Shown in pieces: positions 9,480 through 16,804 of a stretch of 64,000 nt of DNA. Each line of letters begins with the position of its first letter. The first letter of the stretch is position 1. The notes below the pieces were generated by a model, which was not told where the DNA came from, searched no databases, and saw nothing but the letters and a program-made list of their open reading frames with translations. The position numbers were made by a program, and so were the translations under genes. This stretch comes from an uncultured Actinomycetota bacterium (GTDB taxonomy: Bacteria; Actinomycetota; Actinomycetes; Propionibacteriales; Propionibacteriaceae), in NCBI GenBank assembly GCA_963751045.1, contig CAVVTA010000009.1, positions 260,243 to 324,242 of the forward strand. The letters are read 5' to 3'.

Positions 9480-12158
9480 TCAGGCGGCACCGTAGGCGTT
9501 GAACGCACACCAATTGACGAATTCACGCTGATCGTCGAGGTCTAGCTCCGCGCGGGCCGCAGACAGCGCTTCCCCGAGGGTTTGTCCAGCACGGACTCGC
9601 TGATGCAGGCCTTGCATCAGCGGCACCGAAGCCGCGTCGGGCACCAACACGACGCTGGCCACCAGACCGCAGGTGCCACGGGCGAGTAAAGCGCTGACGA
9701 AACCCAGCACCTCGTTGCCTTCGTACGCCGTCTCGACCGCCGAATCGCAGGACGCCAAGATCATGCGGTACGGTGCGACGCCTCGGATGCTCATCTCGTG
9801 CAAGGTGAGGAGCCCATCCTGCAGCTGTAGGCCAGAGAAGGCCGGGTTGTCCGCCCGCAGGCGGCCGTGACAGGCGATGTGGGCGACGTCGGCTGTCGCC
9901 AACGGAGGCAGCACCGCTTCGATGGTCGACGCCGGGGGGAGAAGCACCGTCGGGGAGGCGTACAGGTCACGCAGCAGGGTCACTTCCTCGACGGCGCCGG
10001 GCAGGTCCCGCCCGGCCACGAGCAGCACCTCGTCGGTGCTCCTCCGCGGCCGGGACGTGCGTTCCCAGAACGAGGCCGCGGGCACCACGAATACCGGCGC
10101 GCGGTGCAACGCCGACCAGGGCACGCGTCGGAGACTCGTTGTCGGGCTGACCACGACCGGTTGGTCGTCCGCCAGACCCACGGGTCGGAGGAGCTGATCA
10201 TAGAGGGCGACGAGCGCATGGTCCACACTCGCCCGGGCTGCGTCGGCAGCCGCCTGCGACCGGGCGGGGCGGGTCAACCGACGCAAGCCGAACAGCAGCA
10301 CCTCGACGCATCGCCGGACCTCGGCCACGGCTCCGAGCGGTAGCACCCGCGTGCGTTGCCGGTCCAGCACGACGGCGATGACCCGGTCGTCCAGGACGGC
10401 GTACTCGATCAAGACCCGATCACCGAGCTGCCGCCGCAGGTCGGCCATGCTCAGCGGGCGATGCGCCTCGCGCAGATCTCCGGAGCTGCTCCAGGTGCGG
10501 CGCCGGATCTCCTCCTCGATCTTGCGCTGCCGAGCCAGCTGGTCCCAGGAGTCGCCGTCGCCTACGCGTTGCGCCTCGACGATCTCCTCCTGGACGACCC
10601 GGAGTTCGGCGAGTTCGTCGTCGATGCCGACCTCGACCGTCGGCTCGACGGCGACCAGGGCTGCGGCCCGGGTCCGTTCCAGCCAGGCCAGTATCTGGGC
10701 CGGACGCCCGTGCCTCATCAAGGCCTCCAGCCCGAGCTGGCCGAGTTCGGCGCCATGACCGGAGGCGCGGACCCGCAACTCGAGCGAAGCGAAGGCGGCC
10801 CGGTGCTGGGCAAGATCATCGAGGCCGGCCCGACAGTGTCGCAGGCGGGTGCGGTCGGACTCGGCGGTGGCCAGGGAGCGGGCCACATGAGCCTTCAGGC
10901 GGAGCAGGACAGGCGCGGAACGGCCGAGTGCCGCCGCGCGGTTGAGGTTCTCCAGGGCCGGTTTGCGCCGACCCAGCCGGAGGGCGATCCGCCCGGCAAT
11001 CAGATGAGCATCGATTGCGTACGAGGGCAACCGCAGCTGCTCGAGGGTCGCAGCGGCGCGCCGGACGGTCGTCAACGTGGCCGGCGAGGCGTCTCCGGAC
11101 CGGTACTGGACTTCCCCGATGATCACGTCGGCCCGGACGCGCCAGGGGATTCGACGCTGCTGGGTGAAGCGGTCATGTGCGCGCTGCGCGGCACGGGTGG
11201 CGGCCTCGCTCTCGCCCAGCAGCGCGGCCAGCCGCGCCACCCGGAGCAGACCTTCGCCGGTCATCAGGTCGACTCCGTGACGCTCCAGCTCGTCGGCCGC
11301 CTGCACGGCCATCGCGTAGGCCTCCGGCAACAACCGCAGGTCGGTCAGGGCATCGACGTACTCGAGATAGTGCTCGGCGAGCGGTAGACCGGCCACCGTG
11401 TGCAGCCGCGCCGCTTCGTCGAACTCCTCCAGTCCCTGGGTGAGCCGACCCGTCTGGGTGCTGATCCAGGCCCGCGTCGAAGAGAGCACAGCGGTCTGAT
11501 GCGGGCCCACATCGGGGAATGAGGCCCCGAGATCGACCAGCCGAAGTGCGTCATCCGGGTGACCGAGTTGGGACTGAATGATCGCGTAGTTGTTGGCCGC
11601 CTTGGCTTTGACGACCGCGGACGCGCCCGAGTCGTTGATGATGCGTCGGTAGCTGACGCCCGCCCGGGACAGCTGGCCAAGACTCTGGTAGAGCACCGCT
11701 TGTTGGAAGGTCAGTTCGGGAGCCCCGCGACTGGGACTCAGCTTGGCGGCCGCGTCCAGGTCATGCTGGGCGGGGATCAGCCGACCCAGTTCGTGGTTCA
11801 CCGCCGCTCGGGTGAGCAAGACCTCGTGCAACTCGCCGTCCAGATGATGCCGACGAGCGAGGCGGACCGCTTCGTCCAGCAATTCCTTGGCTTGCCGGTT
11901 GTCCAACCGAGACCGTTCGACCCAGGCCTGGGCTCGGAGAGCGGGCACGAGGGCGGTCGGCATGTTCGCCGCTCGGGCCTCCGAGGCGATCTGGGCGGCC
12001 TGCGACCCGAAACCCTGCGGATCGGCCACGACGTGTGCGTAGAGTGCCCGCGCCCGTTCGGTCAGGTCGGGCTGATCCGGGTGCTGGATCAACGCGGTCA
12101 CGGACTCCGTCGGCGCGCGAGGCAGGAGAACAGGCCGCGCGGCGTCCGGTTGATCCAT
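9480..12158 (-). CDS. TPR-repeat / CHAT-domain (caspase-like) protease
   Basis: The N-terminal ~550 aa is helical-repeat (TPR-like) sequence. The C-terminal CHAT signature is VAHIACHG...YRMILASCDS (His codon 9867-9869, Cys codon 9747-9749). GGAGGAA lies 10 nt upstream of the ATG at 12158. Confidence 0.85.
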   Translation of the reverse strand: MDQPDAARPVLLPRAPTESVTALIQHPDQPDLTERARALYAHVVADPQGFGSQAAQIASEARAANMPTALVPALRAQAWVERSRLDNRQAKELLDEAVRLARRHHLDGELHEVLLTRAAVNHELGRLIPAQHDLDAAAKLSPSRGAPELTFQQAVLYQSLGQLSRAGVSYRRIINDSGASAVVKAKAANNYAIIQSQLGHPDDALRLVDLGASFPDVGPHQTAVLSSTRAWISTQTGRLTQGLEEFDEAARLHTVAGLPLAEHYLEYVDALTDLRLLPEAYAMAVQAADELERHGVDLMTGEGLLRVARLAALLGESEAATRAAQRAHDRFTQQRRIPWRVRADVIIGEVQYRSGDASPATLTTVRRAAATLEQLRLPSYAIDAHLIAGRIALRLGRRKPALENLNRAAALGRSAPVLLRLKAHVARSLATAESDRTRLRHCRAGLDDLAQHRAAFASLELRVRASGHGAELGQLGLEALMRHGRPAQILAWLERTRAAALVAVEPTVEVGIDDELAELRVVQEEIVEAQRVGDGDSWDQLARQRKIEEEIRRRTWSSSGDLREAHRPLSMADLRRQLGDRVLIEYAVLDDRVIAVVLDRQRTRVLPLGAVAEVRRCVEVLLFGLRRLTRPARSQAAADAARASVDHALVALYDQLLRPVGLADDQPVVVSPTTSLRRVPWSALHRAPVFVVPAASFWERTSRPRRSTDEVLLVAGRDLPGAVEEVTLLRDLYASPTVLLPPASTIEAVLPPLATADVAHIACHGRLRADNPAFSGLQLQDGLLTLHEMSIRGVAPYRMILASCDSAVETAYEGNEVLGFVSALLARGTCGLVASVVLVPDAASVPLMQGLHQRVRAGQTLGEALSAARAELDLDDQREFVNWCAFNAYGAA

Positions 12159-12192
12159 CTGGCAACGCTTCCTCCGCGTGCGAACCGTGCGC

Positions 12193-12216
12193 GGCAGTCA
12201 ATCCGGCAGTCAATCC
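12193..12216. repeat. Perfect tandem 12-mer x2 (GGCAGTCAATCC on plus; GGATTGACTGCC on the gene-sense strand)
   Basis: Units at 12193-12204 and 12205-12216, 35-58 nt upstream of the CHAT gene ATG at 12158. Confidence 0.8.
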
Positions 12217-12295
12217 CTGATGAGTTTCTGAGGCTATCGCAGTGCGGATCCTTCAGCGGTCCTGGTGGAGGCGGATAGCGGGTCGTCGATCGCGG

Positions 12296-12826
12296 TCAGG
12301 CCGTGATGTTGATCCAGTCGGTGACCGCGGTCGACGCATCGCGGCGCAGCCGGAACCGCAGCGGCCCAGAGCCCGGAGCGTGCAGTGTGAAGGACCCCAG
12401 TTCATCGGTGTGAACCGTGCTGCGCCGGCCGTCCGGCCGCTCGGCCACGACCTCGGCCGGTCCGGGTGGGCTGACCTGACCCACGACCCCGTCGTCGGAG
12501 ATCTCGATCTCGAGCGAGAGGTCGTCCGACTCGAAGGCCAGGGTCCTCGTCGCAATCACCGTCGCCCGACTGGCACTTTCCAGTTTGTCCTCCCAGAGGG
12601 AGTCGAAGACCAGCGCGGCGAGCTCGTCGGTGATGGCGGCGAACGAGAAGGCGTCTTGACCCTTGGCGATCAGCTCGTCCTGCCGGGGATGGCGGGCGCG
12701 GGCGAGGGCCTCACCGAGGGCGGCGAGGAGCGCATCGTCGTTCGCCCGCAACGCGGGATCCAGCGGGGTCGTGTCCATGGCGTTCACCTCCTTGTCCTCG
12801 TTGATTCGGCCATCGTGTTCGGTCAT
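12296..12826 (-). CDS. Hypothetical soluble protein (160-176 aa) at the anti-sigma position
   Basis: The ORF starts 25 nt after the sigma gene stop. It has no Cys and no TM segment. A stronger start is the ATG at 12778, preceded by AAGGAGG 8 nt upstream. Acidic helical N-terminal half and beta-rich C-terminal half. Confidence 0.6.
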   Translation of the reverse strand: MTEHDGRINEDKEVNAMDTTPLDPALRANDDALLAALGEALARARHPRQDELIAKGQDAFSFAAITDELAALVFDSLWEDKLESASRATVIATRTLAFESDDLSLEIEISDDGVVGQVSPPGPAEVVAERPDGRRSTVHTDELGSFTLHAPGSGPLRFRLRRDASTAVTDWINITA

Positions 12827-12851
12827 CGCGATTCTGTTTCTTCCTGTGGTT

Positions 12852-13499
12852 CTAGCCGGGGCTTTCGGCGGTCAAGAGGGCGGCCAAGGACGGACTGCGT
12901 CGAAGCCGTTGCAGCGCGCGGGCCCGGGTGGGTCCGATCGCCCCGACGGGGATTCCCAGTCGGTCGCTGATGTCGGTGTAGCTGACCGGTGGATCCTGCA
13001 GCAGCAGGGTCAACAGCTCTCGATGCCGCGGGTTCAGTTCGGCGAATGCGACCAGCAGAGCCTCATGTCGTTCGTTTCGCATCAGTTCGTCGCCGATGTC
13101 GTTATCTTCAGCGGCCGGCCCTCGACTGCGCGGTGGATCGAGCAACGGATCGAAGGACGCGGTCCGCTGCCGGATCCGCAGCACCCGCAGGCACTCGTTC
13201 CGGGTGGTGGTGACGATCCAGCCAGGCAGCGCGGCCGGTTCGCGCAGCGAGGACAGATGCTGAATAAGACGCAGCCACACGGTCTGTGATACGTCCGCCG
13301 CATCCTGCTCACTCATCCGGTAGCGGGCGGCGACCGACATGACGAGCGGGTTGAAGCGTACGACCAGTTCATCCCAGGCGTCCTTCTCGCCTTGGACTGC
13401 GGCGTGCACCAATTCAGCGATGGTGTGATCGGATGGCTCCACCACTGCGCAAGCAACTCCCAACCGGTATGGGAACTGTAGTAGCTGTGGAGGTGGCAT
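12852..13499 (-). CDS. ECF-type (sigma-70 family) RNA polymerase sigma factor
   Basis: Region 2 (DAWDELVVRFNPLVMSVAARY...DVSQTVWLRL) and region 4 HTH (SYTDISDRLGIPVGAIGPTRARALQRL). The ATG at 13499 lacks an SD. The GTG at 13445 has GGGAG about 9 nt upstream and may be the true start. Confidence 0.85.
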   Translation of the reverse strand: MPPPQLLQFPYRLGVACAVVEPSDHTIAELVHAAVQGEKDAWDELVVRFNPLVMSVAARYRMSEQDAADVSQTVWLRLIQHLSSLREPAALPGWIVTTTRNECLRVLRIRQRTASFDPLLDPPRSRGPAAEDNDIGDELMRNERHEALLVAFAELNPRHRELLTLLLQDPPVSYTDISDRLGIPVGAIGPTRARALQRLRRSPSLAALLTAESPG

Positions 13500-13615
13500 T
13501 TGCTACGTCAGATCCCCGGAACCGTCGCGTGATACCTCGTCACCGGTGCTGTCCCGGTGAAACGGATCGTAGTGGGTCGCGTCCTCGACTTCTCGCAGCG
13601 TGCCTGGGGTGGAAG

Positions 13616-14605
13616 TCAGGCGATCAGGCCGAGGGAGCGCACGGCCTCGCGCTCCTCGTCCAGTTCGGAGGTGCTGGCGTCGATCTTGCCCCGAGAGAAG
13701 TCGTCGATCTCCAGCCCCTGGACGATCTCGTACGACCGGCCGGCCGTCGTACACGGGAAGGAGGAGATGAGTCCCTCCGGCACCCCGTACGAGCCGTCGG
13801 ACGGTACCGACATCGAGACCCAGTCGCCGTCCGGCGTACCGAGCACCCAGTCGCGCATGTGGTCGACGGTGGCGTTGGCGGCACTGGCCGCTGAACTGGC
13901 GCCACGGGCTTCGATGATGGCGGCGCCGCGCTGCTGCACAGTGGGGAGGAAGGTGTCCTCGATCCAGGCCTGGTCGTCGATCAGCTCGGCGGCGTTGCGG
14001 CCCTTCACCTCCGCGTGGAAAAGATCCGGGTACTGAGTAGCGGAGTGGTTGCCCCAGATCGTCATCTTCTTGATGTCGTTCACGCTGCTGTCCGTCTTGG
14101 CCGCGAGCTGGGCGAGGGCGCGGTTGTGGTCGAGCCGGGTCAAGGCGTTGAAGCGCTCGGCCGGAATGTCGGGGGCGTTGCTCTTGGTGATCAAAGCGTT
14201 CGTGTTGGCGGGGTTGCCGGTGATCAGAACGAGCACGTCGTCGGCGGCATGATCGTTCAGCGCGCGACCCTGCGGCTTGAAGATCGCCCCGTTGGCCTCC
14301 AGCAGGTCACCGCGCTCCATGCCCTTGCTCCGGGGACGGGCTCCGACCAGGAGCGCCAGGTTGACGCCGTCGAACACCGTATTCGGGTCGTCGCCGATCT
14401 CGACGCGGCTGAGCAGCGGGAACGCGCAGTCGTCGAGCTCCATCACCACCCCCTCGAGGCTCTTCAGGGCCGGCGTGATTTCCAGCAGGCGGAGCTCCAC
14501 CGGCGTGTCCGGTCCGAGCAGCGACCCACTGGCGATCCGGAACAACAAGCTGTAGCCGATCTGGCCTGCGGCTCCGGTGACGGCGACCTTCACGGGTGTA
14601 CTCAC
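13616..14605 (-). CDS. mdh: Malate dehydrogenase
   Basis: [23 protein letters not shown]...[15 protein letters not shown]...WGNHS. The long ORF 13616-14926 is trimmed to the GTG at 14605, which is preceded by GGAGGAG. Confidence 0.92.
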   Translation of the reverse strand: MSTPVKVAVTGAAGQIGYSLLFRIASGSLLGPDTPVELRLLEITPALKSLEGVVMELDDCAFPLLSRVEIGDDPNTVFDGVNLALLVGARPRSKGMERGDLLEANGAIFKPQGRALNDHAADDVLVLITGNPANTNALITKSNAPDIPAERFNALTRLDHNRALAQLAAKTDSSVNDIKKMTIWGNHSATQYPDLFHAEVKGRNAAELIDDQAWIEDTFLPTVQQRGAAIIEARGASSAASAANATVDHMRDWVLGTPDGDWVSMSVPSDGSYGVPEGLISSFPCTTAGRSYEIVQGLEIDDFSRGKIDASTSELDEEREAVRSLGLIA

Positions 14606-14688
14606 GGCTGTTCTCCTCCGGCGCTGGACGGATCTCAGGAATCCCCTTCGTACGCTGACGCTAGCAAGCGTGCGCCGGGGAGGCTGGA

Positions 14689-15246
14689 GTGGTCGTTGTC
14701 GTATCGCCCGACGAGGCGGTGACCGCCGTTCGGTGCGCCCTCGGTGACCGGGACGGAACTCGGTGGATTGGGATCGACGGTTTCGGGGCCTCCGGCAAGA
14801 CGACGCTGGCTGACAGGATCGCGGCGGTCCTGTCGAGGGCGGTCGTTGTGCACGTCGACGACTTCGCCCGGCCCGATGTGCGGGGGTGGGAGCGGGCCCG
14901 GTTCTCGAGCCAGGTCCTCCAGCCACTGCTGGCCGGTCGTCCAGCTCGATATCAGCGCTGGGACTGGAACAGCAACGCCGGCGCGGAGTGGCACGTGGTT
15001 CCGGTCGGCGTGCCGGTGGTCGTGGAGGGGGTCTCGTCCACCGACGTCCGGATCGGGGTGCCCTGGGATGTCACGGTCTGGGTTGACGTCCCGTACGACG
15101 TTCGGTTGGCCCGGGCGCGGGAACGCGACGGCCCGGACATGCTGGACCGCTGGCTGACCGACTGGATGCCGAGTGAAGAGGCGTACGCCCGGGAGCAACG
15201 TCCGCAGGACCGCGTCGACCTGATCGTGGCGGGCTCGACGCCCTGA
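14689..15246 (+). CDS. P-loop nucleoside/nucleotide kinase family protein (uridine kinase-like)
   Basis: Walker A motif [14 protein letters not shown] and a size of about 185 aa. Confidence 0.65.
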   Translation: MVVVVSPDEAVTAVRCALGDRDGTRWIGIDGFGASGKTTLADRIAAVLSRAVVVHVDDFARPDVRGWERARFSSQVLQPLLAGRPARYQRWDWNSNAGAEWHVVPVGVPVVVEGVSSTDVRIGVPWDVTVWVDVPYDVRLARARERDGPDMLDRWLTDWMPSEEAYAREQRPQDRVDLIVAGSTP

Positions 15247-15361
15247 GACGGCGGAGTCCCGTCACCTGCCGGACGCCTACGACTTTCTACCCATCCGCGG
15301 AGACCACGATTGGGTATTGCGGCCGACGCGGGGAGGCGCCCCAATTCATAGCGTCGTGATC

Positions 15362-15673
15362 ATGACGATCGGGGCGTTGGCGGTGATCGCGGGGATGGTG
15401 TCCACCACGATCTTCGCGGCGAGCACGCTGCCGATGTTGATCAAGGCGGCGCGGACCCGGGACCTGACGTCCTACAGCCGGGTCAACATCGTGCTGGCCA
15501 ATCTGGGCAACGCCGTGCACAGCGTGTACGTGTTGCAGCTGCCCGCGGGCCCGATCTGGGCCCTACACGCCTTCTACGTCGTGTCCTCGGGGCTGATGTT
15601 GCTTTGGCATCTGCGGTACGCCAAGCCCGTCGCCGTCGAGGACCGCGTAGCGACCAAGAGGAGATTCGCATGA
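15362..15673 (+). CDS. Small 3-TM membrane protein, PQ-loop / SemiSWEET-like
   Basis: About 100 aa with three TM helices. The motif STLPMLIKAARTRDLTSYS resembles the PQ-loop motif with PM in place of PQ. The ORF-track start 15317 is possible; the ATG at 15362 is preferred. The stop overlaps the next ATG (ATGA). Confidence 0.45.
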   Translation: MTIGALAVIAGMVSTTIFAASTLPMLIKAARTRDLTSYSRVNIVLANLGNAVHSVYVLQLPAGPIWALHAFYVVSSGLMLLWHLRYAKPVAVEDRVATKRRFA

Positions 15674-16788
15674 CCGATCAGCGCCTTGCGCCACCCCGCA
15701 CCCGCCCTCGCACCACCCATGTCGAGACCGTGATCATCGGTGCCGGTCAGGCCGGACTAGCCACGGCCTACCACCTGCGGCGGTGCGGGCGGGAGTGCCT
15801 CGTCGTCGACGGCAACACCCGGATCGGGGACAACTGGCGCACCCACTGGGACTCGCTGCGGCTGTACAGCCCGGCCGGCAGTGACGGGTTGCCCGGACTA
15901 CGTTTTCCGGGGCCGAAATGGTCCTACCCGACCAAGGAGGACGTCGCGGACTACCTGCATACGTACGCGGCACGGTTCGACCTGCCGGTACGGATGCGGT
16001 CACGGGTCGAGCGGCTGGAAGCGGTCGGGGACGGTTACCTCCTCCGGCTGGGGGACGAGCGGATCCGGGCCACCAATGTCGTCGTCGCCACGGGGACGTT
16101 CGGACGGACTCCTTACCTGCCCGAGTTCGCCCTGGAGCTCGATCCGGCCATTCGGCAACTGCACTCCAGCGAGTACCAGCGGCCCGACCAGCTCCGGCCC
16201 GGACCGGTGCTCGTCGTCGGCGCCTCTCACTCGGGCACCGACGTAGCCTACGAGCTGGCCGCCACTCATCCGACCATCTTGGCCGGGCGGGAGTTGGGCG
16301 AACTGCCGGTTCGGCTCGACCACTGGAGCGCGCGGCTCTTCTGGCCGGTCTTTCTCTTCCTGGCCAAGCACGTCGTGACCCGACGGACGCCGATCGGGCG
16401 CAAGGAGATGCCTGGGATTCGGTTCCACGGCGGTCCGGCCCTGCGGGTCAAGCCGGCCGACCTCGCCCGTCGCGGCGTCGAGCGGGTGGCCGGTCGGGTG
16501 ACCGGGGTCGCCGGCGGCCGGCCGGTGATCGACGGACGAGGGGCCGTCGAAGTCGCCAACGTCGTCTGGTGTACCGGTTTCCGTCAGGTGTTCGACTGGA
16601 TCGATCTGCCGATCTTCGGGGCCGACGGTTGGCCTCGAGAGATGCGGGGAGTGGTTTCGGAGGCTCCTGGTCTGTTCTTCTGCGGGCTGGCCTTCCAGTA
16701 CGCGTTCAGTTCGATGGTCCTGCCCGGCGTCGGCCGGGATGCCGCGTATATCGTCCGCCAAATCGAACGGCGGGGGCGTAGCCTCTGA
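15670..16788 (+). CDS. FAD/NAD(P)-dependent oxidoreductase, flavin-monooxygenase (CzcO-like) family
   Basis: VIIGAGQAGLATAY dinucleotide fold, a second fold VLVVGASHSGTDVA, and the C-terminal motif VVWCTGF. The ORF is trimmed to the ATG at 15670. Confidence 0.8.
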   Translation: MTDQRLAPPRTRPRTTHVETVIIGAGQAGLATAYHLRRCGRECLVVDGNTRIGDNWRTHWDSLRLYSPAGSDGLPGLRFPGPKWSYPTKEDVADYLHTYAARFDLPVRMRSRVERLEAVGDGYLLRLGDERIRATNVVVATGTFGRTPYLPEFALELDPAIRQLHSSEYQRPDQLRPGPVLVVGASHSGTDVAYELAATHPTILAGRELGELPVRLDHWSARLFWPVFLFLAKHVVTRRTPIGRKEMPGIRFHGGPALRVKPADLARRGVERVAGRVTGVAGGRPVIDGRGAVEVANVVWCTGFRQVFDWIDLPIFGADGWPREMRGVVSEAPGLFFCGLAFQYAFSSMVLPGVGRDAAYIVRQIERRGRSL

Positions 16789-16804
16789 CTCGGGGGTAGG
16801 TGGG

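Noticed and set aside
13500-13615. ECF-type promoter (GGAAC-N16-17-CGT) for autoregulation of the sigma gene, and a shared ACGGTTC heptamer upstream of both the sigma gene and the CHAT gene.
   Set aside because: The GGAAC...CGT match at about 13517-13540 is on the plus strand, the wrong orientation for the minus-strand sigma gene. One shared 7-mer between two ~130-nt regions is roughly what chance predicts.
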